This document shows positions 26,013 to 40,139 of a DNA stretch of 41,749 bases, piece after piece. The DNA is taken from positions 62,001-103,749 of the forward strand of contig JAXLNO010000461.1 of NCBI GenBank assembly GCA_038087875.1, given 5' to 3'. Each line of letters starts with the position of its first letter. The first letter of the stretch is position 1. The stretch comes from Malacoraja senta (taxonomy: Eukaryota). Made by a program: the position numbers and the translations under genes. The notes under the pieces are model-generated. The model ran no database searches, was not told the origin of the DNA, and saw only the letters and a program-made list of their open reading frames with translations.

Positions 26013-26491
26013 TGAATTTAGTGGCGATTGTGATCCTGAGCCGGGGAAAGTGCGGCCTCTCCACCTGCACCACTCGCTACCTGGTGGCCATGGCAGCGGC
26101 CGATCTACTGACGCTGATCACCGAGGTCATTCTGTTTCAGCTCCGATTACATTACTTCTATTGGAGTTTCCTGGCCATCTACCCTGTGTGCCGTGTTAAC
26201 CTTGTACTGTTGTGTGTAGCTGCACGCTGTTCTGTCTGGTTCACCGTCACTTTCACCTTTGATCTCTTTGTCGCCATTTGTTGCCAGAAGCTGAAAACTA
26301 AATATTGCACCGGGAAAACTGTGGCTGTGGTTCTGGCAACAGCCGGCGTTTTGGCTTGTCTGATAAACGTTCCCCTCTACTTCACACTGGAACCCTGGAC
26401 AATCATCGACAATATCCCGTGGGGCTGTCTCACGGTGGCCAGTTATTACACTGACCCCGGGTGGGTGGCATATGACTGGATCGACACAGTT
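26013..26491 (+). pseudogene. GPCR copy A, exon 2, 5' part (TM1 to start of TM5)
   Basis: Polypyrimidine tract and CAG acceptor. Reads NLVAIVILSRGKCGLS, YLVAMAAADLL (TM2), TFDLFVAICC (DRY site, R>L), and an ECL2 Cys. It is cut after DWIDTV by a poly-T L1 tail. Confidence 0.9.
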
Positions 26492-27680
26492 TTTTAATTT
26501 TTTATTTTTTATTTTTATTAGAAGTAAGTACAATTGTATACAATCATATTTTCATAATACATTTTATGTACAGCTTCTTATTTTTTTTAATTTTGTAATA
26601 AAGATGAAAAAGAAAAAGAAGTTAGATAATGAAGAATAGAAAAATGTGAGATATATAGTGTGTGAAAAAGAAAAATAGAGAGTGAAAAAAGAAAATTAAG
26701 AAATAGAAAATAGAAGAAAAAGAGTAAAAGAAGAAAAGAGGAGAAAAAGAAAAGAGAAGTAAGGAGATCGTATTTATAATCTTGACCATTCCTCACCCAG
26801 TCACGGATTAGCTTTTACACTTGTGTTGCACCATATGTTTCCAAAAAGACGACAAATGGAGACCAACTCGTTATGAATTGGTCAAATTTATCTATTAGGA
26901 GGAATCGCATTTCCTCAAAATGTGCGGTATCCAACATACTTGCAATCCACATTTTGAGCGTTGGTATTGGTGTATTTTTCCAAAATTTGAATATTATTTT
27001 TTTTGCTATTATTAAACCATAATTAAAAAATGATTTTTGAGATGGGTTCAATTTGTTCCCATCTTCCATTACCCCAAATATAATCAATTCATTATTGGGT
27101 TCCATTTTTGTCAAATAATTTTGTGAATATTTCGAAAATATCACTCCAAAATCCATGAAGTTTTATACAAGAAACAAAAGAGTGTGTTATAGTTGCGTCT
27201 TGGATTAAACATTTATCACAAATGGGGGATATATTTGGATAAAATGTATTTAATCTTGTTTTTGAGTAATATAATCTATGTAAAATTTTAAATTGAATTA
27301 GATTATGTCTTGCGTTTATCGAACATTTGTGAATGTATGTCACATAATTTTCCCATGTAGCCTTCGTAATTTTTATCAATAATTCCCGTTCCCACTCTTC
27401 TCTAATTACCTCGGTCGCAGGTAAATCTATATTTAAGATATTATTATATAAATATGATATTATTTTTTGTGTATCAGCTTTAATATTCATTACTTCTTCT
27501 AGTAAATCAGAAGTTATTTTTTGATATCCTTGTATGTATGTCTTCAAGAAATTGCAAATCTGAAAATATTTAAAATAATGATTGTTTTTCAATTTAAATT
27601 TTAATTGTAATTGTTGAAATGATAGTAAATCTCCCATTTCATACATGTCCCCGATCCTTTTAATTCCTAAACTTTTCCAT
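26491..27680 (-). mobile_element. L1-clade LINE 3' segment: poly(A), 3' UTR, ORF2 C-terminus with CCHC motif
   Basis: Minus-strand AATAAA plus A-rich tail at 26491-26520. Reads LIQFKILHRLYYS, CDKC..ATITHSFVSC..FWSDI, IAKKIIFKFWK..PTLKMW, FITSWSPF. Confidence 0.9.
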
Positions 27681-30600
27681 GACTTCCGGTAGCGCCGGAA
27701 TGGAAAAGATGGAAGAGATGGAAGAAATGGAAGGTGATATGAAAGAGATGGTCAAAATCTGAAAAAATCAAAGAAAGATAAAGCAGAAAAGCTTGCAAGA
27801 ATGACTGACAAATGTTTGGACTTGGAAGCGAGATCGAGAAGGCAGAATTTGAGAATCGTTGGAGTAAGAGAAGGACGAGAAGGACATGTATCTCAAACAC
27901 GTACTTTCGTTACTGAATTACTCAAAGAGGTTTTTAAACTGCCGGAAGAACTAAGAGTAGATACTGTTCAACGAGTTGGACGTGTCTCAAGAGGCATAAA
28001 TGCTGCTCCAAGACAGATAATTGTGAAATTTCTTGATATCTCTTCAGTGTAATCTATACTGAAGAAGATTGTTCATGGTGAAAATTTGATATATTGTGGG
28101 GAAAAGATCCGATTTTTCCGTGATTATCCTCCGGAGATTGTCCAGAGAATGAACTTGTTTACACCAACAAGAAACATACTGAGGGGTATATCTAACGTCA
28201 GATATGGAGTTGTTTTCCCAGCAAAAATGAAAATTACTTATAAGGGAACGGAGCGCTCATTTATGGACCCAGAAAAAGCATTTAAATATGCAGAAGATAT
28301 CGTGAGAAAAGCATCGGAAACATCGGTAGAAGACGACTAAAGGGAGGAACAGTGAACTTTTTAACTTTTAAGATGGAGCTGGAACTGGCTAAGATGGTGG
28401 ACTTTCCAGACAGTTACTGAGCTTATCTGTCTGGAATGTGTATTTGAGAACATTGTTTCACCTTGAATGGAAAGCTCAAAGATAAACAAAAGGATGCCGA
28501 AGATACTGTACAAGGAACATGGACGAGATAATATTAACATCTAACTATTATATGCTAATTATGATTAACCAAGTAACTTAACAAATTTAACAATACTAAT
28601 GATTTGTAAGTGTTTGTAGTAAATATGAATAATTATGAATAAACCATTGCTTATAAATTGTAATTAACCAAAATGTCTATAACACTACTAACGGGTTTTT
28701 TCTTTTTGGGTGGGAACGCAACATAAACTTGGAAAAAATCCAGGAATGAGGTTAACCCCTCGGTACCTGCTTGTAGGGTAGCTTTATTTTTTACTTTTTA
28801 ATATTTTATCTCTGCGTCTTTCTGCTTTTTACTAATGCTAGTTTGATAAAGTTAAACAAGAATAAACAAGATATGAGACGGTCTGTAGTTTTTTACGAGG
28901 TGTTAATAAGGGATTGGGGCTCAAGGTAAAACAACATCAACGGAAGTCTATGAATTTTTCGCCACCTTAGGTGGCTATCTGTCTTTAAGGTACCTGTTCT
29001 TAGATACCTTAATTTCACTTTAAAAAAAAATCACTATACAAATTTGTATTTACTTAGTTTGTGTTTAATTAATTGTAAATCACAATTTTTCTTGCTTTAT
29101 CTAAGGCACTTTTGGAGAAGGAGATGTAATGTAAACTTAAAAACTTGGAATGACCACCCAACGTCCAGAACACGGAGGTATTTGTCAGCACCATATGATT
29201 CAAGAATATTACTTTGATATACAATGCAAGACGATAGACAAATAAAGAATGGAGGAATCACATTCTGTAGTTGGAATATAAGGGGTGCCAACGAACCAAT
29301 AAAGAGGGGTACAATTTTTGCTCACTTAAAATCTTTGAAAAGCGACATAATTTACTTGCTAGAAACTCACATGAAACAGGAAACACAAATGAGATTAAAG
29401 GCAAAGTGGATAGGCCAAACATATTATTCAGCATTTACTTCTAAATCTAGAGGTACGGCTATTCTTATTCGGAAAGGTATACCGTTCAAATTAAAGAATA
29501 CTATATCAGATAAAGAGGGAAGGTATATCATAGTTTCGGGAGAAATTTATGCTACCCCAATAACTATGGTAAATATTTACGCTCCGAATTTTGATAACCC
29601 TCAATTTTTTGTGAAAATTATAGATATAATACTGGTTTAATTATCAAAATGTGATAATAGGAGGGGATTTCAACTGTGTTTTAGATCATATTTAGACAAA
29701 TCAGCAAAACAAAGAAGGAGTAATATAAAATCCAAGACTAGTGAACTTCTAAATACATATATAAAAAATACTAACATAACAGATGTATGGAGATCTGCTA
29801 ATCCAGCAGGAAGGGAATATTCGTTTTACTCTTCGGTACATAAAACATATTCAACAATTGATTATTTTTTAGTGGATAGGAAATTAATGCCATATACAAT
29901 TAACCCAACATACCATATTAGTAGTATTTCTGATCACTCTCCGTTGACTTTTTCAGTAAAATTTGAGGGAATGCCGGGTAAAAAAAATGTTGGGAGGTTT
30001 AATACACATATATTAAATGACTTACAGGGTTATCAATACTTGAAACAACAAATGAAATTATTTTTTGAGATAAATGATACACCAGGTACCTCACCTTCTT
30101 TACTATGGGAAACTTTTAAAGCATTTATTAGAGGAATTATAATTTCATATGAAATTTTTCAAAATAAGAAGAATAAAAGAACAAATGTGGTTAGAACAGG
30201 AAATAATACAGTTAGAGTTAGACAATGCTAAAGATCCCACTATAGATAAACATAATAAGATAATACTACTGAAATTTAAACTTAACCGAATTCTCTCGGC
30301 AAGAGTAATAAGATTATTCCAAATTACAAAACAGGAACATTTTGAGTTTGGTGACAAACCACATAAGCTGTTGGCGCGTCAACTGAAAAAACAGGAAAAG
30401 GAAAATACTATAAATAAAATTAAATCCGATAATGGTGAATTACTAACACTACCTAAAGATATTAATAAAAGATTTGTTCAATTTTATCAAAATTTATACA
30501 CATCAAAAACCAAAACAGAAGATAGTAAAATTTAAAAAATTGTAGATAACTGTAATCTACCAAAACTTGACCTTTTGGAACAAGAAGAACTAGGAGCGCA

Positions 30601-30810
30601 AATTACAATCGAAGAAATAGGTGAAACAATAAAATCGTTGAAAAATGGTAAGACACCGGGACCAGATGGTTTTAGTAATGAATTTTATAAAAAGTTTCAT
30701 GAGATAACGACCCCCTATCTATTTAATCTATATACTTACGTTTTTAAAGAAAATAAATTACCTGAAACATTAGCAGAATCAACTATTACGCTTATTCCAA
30801 AGAAAGATAA
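27681..30810 (+). mobile_element. L1-clade LINE 5' segment: partial ORF1 (to 28340), long inter-ORF spacer, ORF2 endonuclease and start of RT (29224-30810); disrupted
   Basis: ORF1 motifs DLEARSRRQNLRIVGVRE, PRQIIVKF, IRFFRDYP, YGVVFPAKMKI. ORF2 motifs SWNIRG, LLETH, VNIYAPN, ISDHSP, LWETFKAFIRG, FGDKPHKLLA, GKTPGPDGF, ITLIPKKDK. Several stops and frameshifts. Confidence 0.92.
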
Positions 30811-32828
30811 GCCAAGTCTATCCAGTATAAGCCAAGTCTATCCAGTCTTTCTTCATATGAAAGTCCTGACATCCCAGGAATCAGTCTGGTGAACCTTCTC
30901 TGCACTCGCTCTATGGCTATAATGTCCTTCCTCAGATTTGGAGACCAAAACTGTACGCAATACTCCAGGTGTGGTCTCACCAAGACCCTGTACAACTGCG
31001 GTAGAACCTCCCTGCTCCTATCTTAAAACCATTTTGCTATGAAAACTAACATACCATTCGCTTTCTTCACTGCCTGCTGCACCTGCATGCCTACTTTCAA
31101 TGACTGGTGTACTATGACACCCAGGTCTCGCTGCATCTCCCGTTTTCCTAATCGGCCACCATTTAGATAATAGTCTGCTTTCCTGTTTTTGCCACCAAAG
31201 TGGATAACCTCACATTTATCCACATTATACTGCATCTGCCAAACATTTGCCCACTCACCCAGCCTATCCAAGTCACCTTGCAGTCTCCTAGCATCCTCCT
31301 CACAGCTAACACTGTCCCCCAGCTTAGTGTCATCCGCAAACTTGGAGATGTTGCCTTCAATTCCCTCATCCAGCTCATTAATATAAATTGTAAATAGCTG
31401 GGGTCCCAGCACTGAGCCTTGCGGTGCCCCACTAGTCACTGCCTGCCATTGTGAAAAGGACCCGTTTACTCCTACTGTTTGCTTCCTGTTTGCCAGCCAG
31501 TTCTCTATCCACATCAATACTGAACCCCCAATACCGTGTGCTTTAAGTTTGTATACTAATCTCTTATGTGGGACCTTGTCGAAAGCCTTCTGAAAGTCCA
31601 GATACAACACATGCACTTGTTCTCCCCTATCCACTCTACTAGTTACATCCTCGAAAAATTCTATCAGATTCGTCAGACATGATTTACCTTTCGTAAATCC
31701 ATGCTGACTTTGTCCAATGATTTCACCACATTCCAAATGTGCTGCTATCCCATCTTTAATAACTGACTCTAGCAGTTTCCCCACTACCGATGTTAGACTA
31801 ACTGGTCTGTAATTCCCCGTTTTCTCTCTCCCTCTCTTCTTAAAAAGTGGGGTTACGTTTGCTACCCTCCAATCCTCAGGAACTACTCCAGAATCTAAAG
31901 AGTTTTGAAAAATTATCACTAATGCATCCACTATTTCTGGAGCTACTTCCTTAAGTACTCTGGAATGCAGCCTATATGGCCCTGGTGATTTATCGGCCTT
32001 TAATCCATTCAAATTACCCAACACCACTTCCCGACTAACCTGGATTTCACTCAGTTCCTCCATCTCCTTTGACCCGCGGACCCCTGCTATTTCCGGCAGA
32101 TTATTTGTGTCTTCCTTAGTGAAGACGGAACCAAAGTAGTTATTCAATTGGTCCGCCATATCATTGTTCCCCATGATCAAGTCACCTGTTTCTGACTGCA
32201 GGGGACCTACATTTGTTTCAACTAATCTCTTTCTCTTGACATATCTATAAAAACTTTTGCAGTCAGTTTTTATGTTCCCTGCCAGTTTTCTTTCATAATC
32301 TATTTTCCCTTTCCTAATTAAGCCCTTTGTCCTCCTCTGCAGGTCTCTGAATTTCTCCCAGTCCTCTGGTATGCTGCCTTTTCTGGCTAAATTGTACGCA
32401 TCATCTTTTGCTTTGATACTATCCCTGAGTTCCCTTGTTATCCACGGATGCACTATCTTCCCTGATTTATTCTTTTGCCAAACTGGGATGAACAATTTTT
32501 GTGGCTCATCCACGCAGTCTTTAAATGCCTTCCATTGCATATCCACCGTCAACCCTTTTAGAATTAATTGGCAGTCAATCTTGGCCAATTCACGTCTCAT
32601 ACCCTCAAAGTTACCTTTCTTTAAGTTCAGAACCATTGTTTCTGAATTAACAATGTCACTCTCCATCCTAATGAAGAATTCAACCATATTATGGTCACCC
32701 TTGCCCAAGGGGGCACGCACAACAAGACTGCTAACTAACCCTTCCTCATTACTCAATACCCAGTCTAGAATAGCTTGCTCTCTCGTTGGTTCCTCTACGT
32801 GTTGGTTTAGGTTCCTCTGCATGTTGGT
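30807..32828 (-). mobile_element. Internal CR1 ORF2 fragment (end of endonuclease through RT), lacking both 5' end and 3' tail
   Basis: Open frame from ~32809 to 31023 with NYRPVSLTSVVGKLLE, QHGFTKGKSCLTNL, YLDFQKAFDKVPH, GAPQGSVLGP, KFADDTK. It continues in another frame as RPHLEYCVQFWSP..LDRLGLY. Confidence 0.93.
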
Positions 32829-33162
32829 CCGTAAGGGGCTGAGGGGTGAGAGCAAGGTGGAGAACCGCAGTGACCCGGAGATGGAGAGCAGCAGCAGGTC
32901 TGTGGTTTTACTCTTCATCATCTCCGGCAGCTTCATCCTCCTGTGGCTGACGTATATTGTAAACTTCATCTATTATCAGATCACAGGAGTTGGAAATGAT
33001 CTGAATGCTTCTCAATCTATCTTTAACAACATCGGGTATTTACTGAGGACTCTCAGCTGCTGCACGTACACATTTATTTACGCGATGACCCAGTCCAAGT
33101 TCAGGGAGCAGTTGAAGAGCGCGGTGAAATATCCGCTCACCACAGTGCTTCGGCTCATTGAG
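32827..33162 (+). pseudogene. GPCR copy A, exon 2, 3' part (ICL3, TM6, TM7, helix 8)
   Basis: VRKGLRGESKVENRSDPEMESSSRSVVLLFIISGSFILLW...SCCTYTFIYAMTQSKFREQLK aligns to copy B. A 16-bp deletion relative to copy B just before the stop shifts the frame. Confidence 0.88.
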
Positions 33163-33232
33163 CGCATCCATCCCCGACGCGGGCGGCCGCAGTCTCTCTG
33201 CTCCGGGCTCCGGCTCCTGACATTCACCGCCG

Positions 33233-33881
33233 GAGCCATGAGGGAGGGAGGAGCAGGCCAAAGTAGACTGGAAAGATACCCTAGCAGAGATGAGTGGAAC
33301 AACAATGGCAGGTATTTCTGGGAATAATACAGAAGGTGCAGCCGGATCAGTTCATTCCAAAGAGGAAGAAAGATTCCAAGGGGAGTGAGTAAGGGGCGAC
33401 CGTGGCTGACAAGGGACGTCAGGGACAGTATAAAAATAAAAGAGAAGTACAACGTAGCAAAGATGAGCAGAAAGCAAGAGGATTGGGTAATGTTTAAAGA
33501 GCAACAGAAGATAACCAAAAAGACAATACGGGGAGAAAAGGTGAGGTACGAAGGTAAGCTAGCCAAGAATATAAAGCAGGATAGTAAAAGCTTCTTTAGG
33601 TATGTGAAGAGGATACAATTAGTTAAGACCAAAGTTGGACCCTTGAAGACTGAAAAAGGGTGAATTTATTATGGGGAACAAGGAAATAGCAGATGGCTTG
33701 AATAGGTACTTTGGATCTGTATTCACTAAGGAGGACACAAACAATCTTCCTGATGTACTGGTGGCCAGAGGATGTGGGGTGAAGGAGGAACTGAAGGAAA
33801 TCCACAGTAGGCAGGAAATGGTGTTGGGTAGACTGATGGGACTGAAGGCTGATAAATCCCCAGGGCCTGATGGTCTGCATC
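33233..33881 (+). mobile_element. Internal CR1 ORF2 fragment downstream of GPCR copy A
   Basis: Reads AKVDWK, RPWLTRDVRDSIK, DSKSFFRYVK, YFGSVFTKED, DKSPGPDGLH. Paralogous to 40140-40787. Confidence 0.9.
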
Positions 33882-33895
33882 TCTTTTTCTTTTAG

Positions 33896-33968
33896 TTTTT
33901 ATTTATTTTTTAATTATTTTTTTATTAGAAGTATTGTACATTACAGTGATCTCCAATAAACATAAGGT
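33896..33968 (-). mobile_element. Short L1-type 3' tail remnant
   Basis: T-rich tail followed by TTATTAGAAGTA..GTACA, matching the L1 3' end at 26491-26535. Confidence 0.6.
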
Positions 33969-34386
33969 TATAGCGGCACCGGACGTGGTGAATAAAGGTG
34001 AGACGTCAGGTCGTTTCAAAGAGTCATTTATTCAGTGCTGACACGTTAGGTTGGTGCCGACTATCATAACAGTGTTGCTGTAGCTGAGCGATGTTGTTGC
34101 CTCGGGCTCAGCTACCGGTTGAACACCTCGTGGTCTCGAGGTGAGATGACCTTAAGTACCAGGACACTCCCTCTACCCCATGACGTCACGTGCCCGCCCT
34201 CGTACTTCCTGACGAGTGTTCGAGCATAGTGGCCCGTGTATAGGCTGCCGCCACAGGACCCCCCCCCCCCCCCAGAAACGGAGGAAGGAATAGCATGGTC
34301 GAGGGCGGCTACTGCATGTGGGTCTGGGACACCCCGGGCGTGGGTCGGGACGGAGGGCCCACGGGCACAGTAACGCTCTGCGTGGG
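33969..34386 (-). mobile_element. Second Gypsy-like 3' LTR (33969-34255) with PPT (34256-34273) and adjacent internal sequence
   Basis: Termini T(A)TAGCGGC...GCCGCCACA, minus-strand AATAAA at ~34027, and a C-run that is a G-rich PPT on the minus strand. Colinear with 14764-15108. Confidence 0.75.
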
Positions 34387-34551
34387 TGTTCATTGCATCT
34401 CAACGCCCGGTTCAGAAATTGGTTTGTATATTTTATTTTGTTTTTTTTCCCCTCATTGATGCCGACGTCTCCCAGCCATTGCTGGGGGCCGTATTTCACA
34501 GGACACTCTCCCTTAGCTGGTTGAGGAGATGCGACTGTGTCTCTTCTGTCA

Positions 34552-34752
34552 GGCGGTTTCTGCATCGGTCCCTTCGCACCCCTCGGTACCTCGGGATCGC
34601 CCACGCAGAGTGTTACTGCGCCCGTGGGCCCACAGTCCCGACCCACGCCCGGGGTGTCCCAGACCCACATGCAGTAGCCGCCCTCGACCATGCTATTCCT
34701 TCCGTCCGGCGGTTTCTGCATCGGTCCCCTCGCACCCCTCGGTACCTCGGGA

Positions 34753-34753
<1 letters not shown>
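34552..34753 (+). mobile_element. Inverted copy of the LTR element's internal 3' region, with a 156-bp periodicity
   Basis: 34600-34703 is the reverse complement of 34283-34386. 34552-34597 is directly repeated at 34708-34753. Confidence 0.7.
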
Positions 34754-38698
<3,945 letters not shown>

Positions 38699-38699
38699 C

Positions 38700-39299
38700 T
38701 AGTTCCTTAAAGTCAGGGGTTGCCTGACTGCGTTTGTCAAAGTATGTTTTCCTTGTTTTGAATTTTTTTTTTGCATTTTAGGAGGAAGTGCACCTCTGTT
38801 TCAACCTCATCTGTCAAACAGTGGCCGCATATTCTGTTTTTTCTTGGTTGCCAACATCTCTTCTGTCTTCCTTTTTCAACTGCCAAATACTGGTCACTTA
38901 GCCTGTATTTGGTGAGGGTCTGCCTTTGTTTTATGTCTCTAACAGTTGAGAGATAGTCTGCCAATTTATAATCTCTTTTTAGGGCACGGTAGCATTCTAA
39001 TCTGCTTTGGCTTTTGGTTTCTTTATCCCAATGTTCCAAATATGTTTCTTTACATTGATAATTTGGTTCACTCTAACTGATTGGGGATCAGTATTGATCT
39101 GAGTCTGGTCAGGATTTAACTGGATAGGGTTTAACTGAATGGGGGTAGTTAGTCTCCGTACCAACTGACACTGGGAACTCTTTTCTGGGCTCCCCTCTTG
39201 TGTTTTAAGGGCTTTAAACTGGAGGGTATCTGGTGGGCTAGATTTAAGGTGATTCCAAAAATGTAGTGCTCTTTTCTGGATATTTATTATCAGTGGGTA

Positions 39300-39300
<1 letters not shown>
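38700..39300 (-). mobile_element. Non-LTR retrotransposon ORF2 C-terminal fragment, RTE-X-like, with CCHC zinc knuckle
   Basis: YPLIINIQKRALHFWNHLK...YKLADYL...LTKYRLSDQYLAVEKGR...RICGHCLTDEVETEVHFLLKC. The clade assignment is from motif recognition only. Confidence 0.7.
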
Positions 39301-39358
<58 letters not shown>

Positions 39359-39751
39359 CTCTCTCTCTCTCTGACTCTCTCTGTCTCTCTCTCTCTCTCT
39401 GACTCTCTATCACTCACTCTGACACTCTCTGTCTCTCTCTCTCTCTCTGACTCTCTCTCTCTCTCTCTCTGTCTCTGACTCTCTCTCTCTCTCTCTGTCT
39501 CTGACTCTCTCTCTCTCTCTGTCTCTGACGCTCTCTCTCTCTCTGTCTCTGACTCTCTCTCTCTCTCTCTGTGTCTCTGACTCTCTCTCCCTCTCTCTGT
39601 CTCTGACACTCTCTCTCTCTCTGTCTCTCTCTCTCTGCCTCTCTGTATTTCTCTCTGTCTCTCTCTGTCTCTCTCTGTCTCTCTGTGTCTCTCTGTCTCT
39701 CTCTCTCTCTCTGTCTCTCTCTGTCTCTCTCTCTGTCTCTCTCTCTCTCTC
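39301..39751. repeat. (CT)n/(CTGT) microsatellite
   Basis: Direct observation. Confidence 0.95.
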
Positions 39752-39799
39752 ATCTCATTTGTAGTCAAAACTGTGAAATATGTCAAGAAAATAGTTTGT

Positions 39800-39918
39800 T
39801 GCGTGTGTGTGTGCGCGTGCATGTGTGTGTGTGCGAGCATGTGTGTGCGTGCGTGTTTGTATGTGTGTGTGCGTATGTGTGTATGTGTGTGTGTGTATGT
39901 GTGTGCGTGTGCGTGTGT
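39800..39918. repeat. Imperfect (GT)n microsatellite
   Basis: Direct observation of an alternating purine-pyrimidine tract. Confidence 0.95.
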
Positions 39919-40139
39919 AAATATATATTTTTGTAATGGTAAAACTAACCATGTCCCAGTTTTTCTTCTCTCCTCTCCTCCTCCCCTCCTCCTTTCTCGT
40001 TCCCCCTCTGGACCCAGCTCCGACGGCGGCCGGGCCTAAACGACACTTTAAAACAAAACAAGAGCTCGGAGCGCAAAAAATTAAATTGAATCTAAAACGA
40101 TTGAAAGAAGACAGAGAACAAAACGCTAAAAGAAAAAGA

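Noticed and set aside
31023..32969. 648-aa ORF as an intact RT gene or novel fusion protein
   Set aside because: The N-terminal ~50 aa are antisense GPCR sequence. The rest is a truncated CR1 ORF2 lacking most of the endonuclease and the C-terminus.
32371..33327. 318-aa membrane protein ORF
   Set aside because: It is a chance in-frame join of antisense CR1 with the 3' half of the broken GPCR.
14764..34255. The two LTRs as ends of one 19.5-kb element
   Set aside because: Both carry the PPT and the same internal flank (both are 3' LTRs), they are substantially diverged, and no gag-pol lies between them.
38997..39952. ER-rich and HT-rich ORFs
   Set aside because: They are translations of (GA)n and (CA)n microsatellites.
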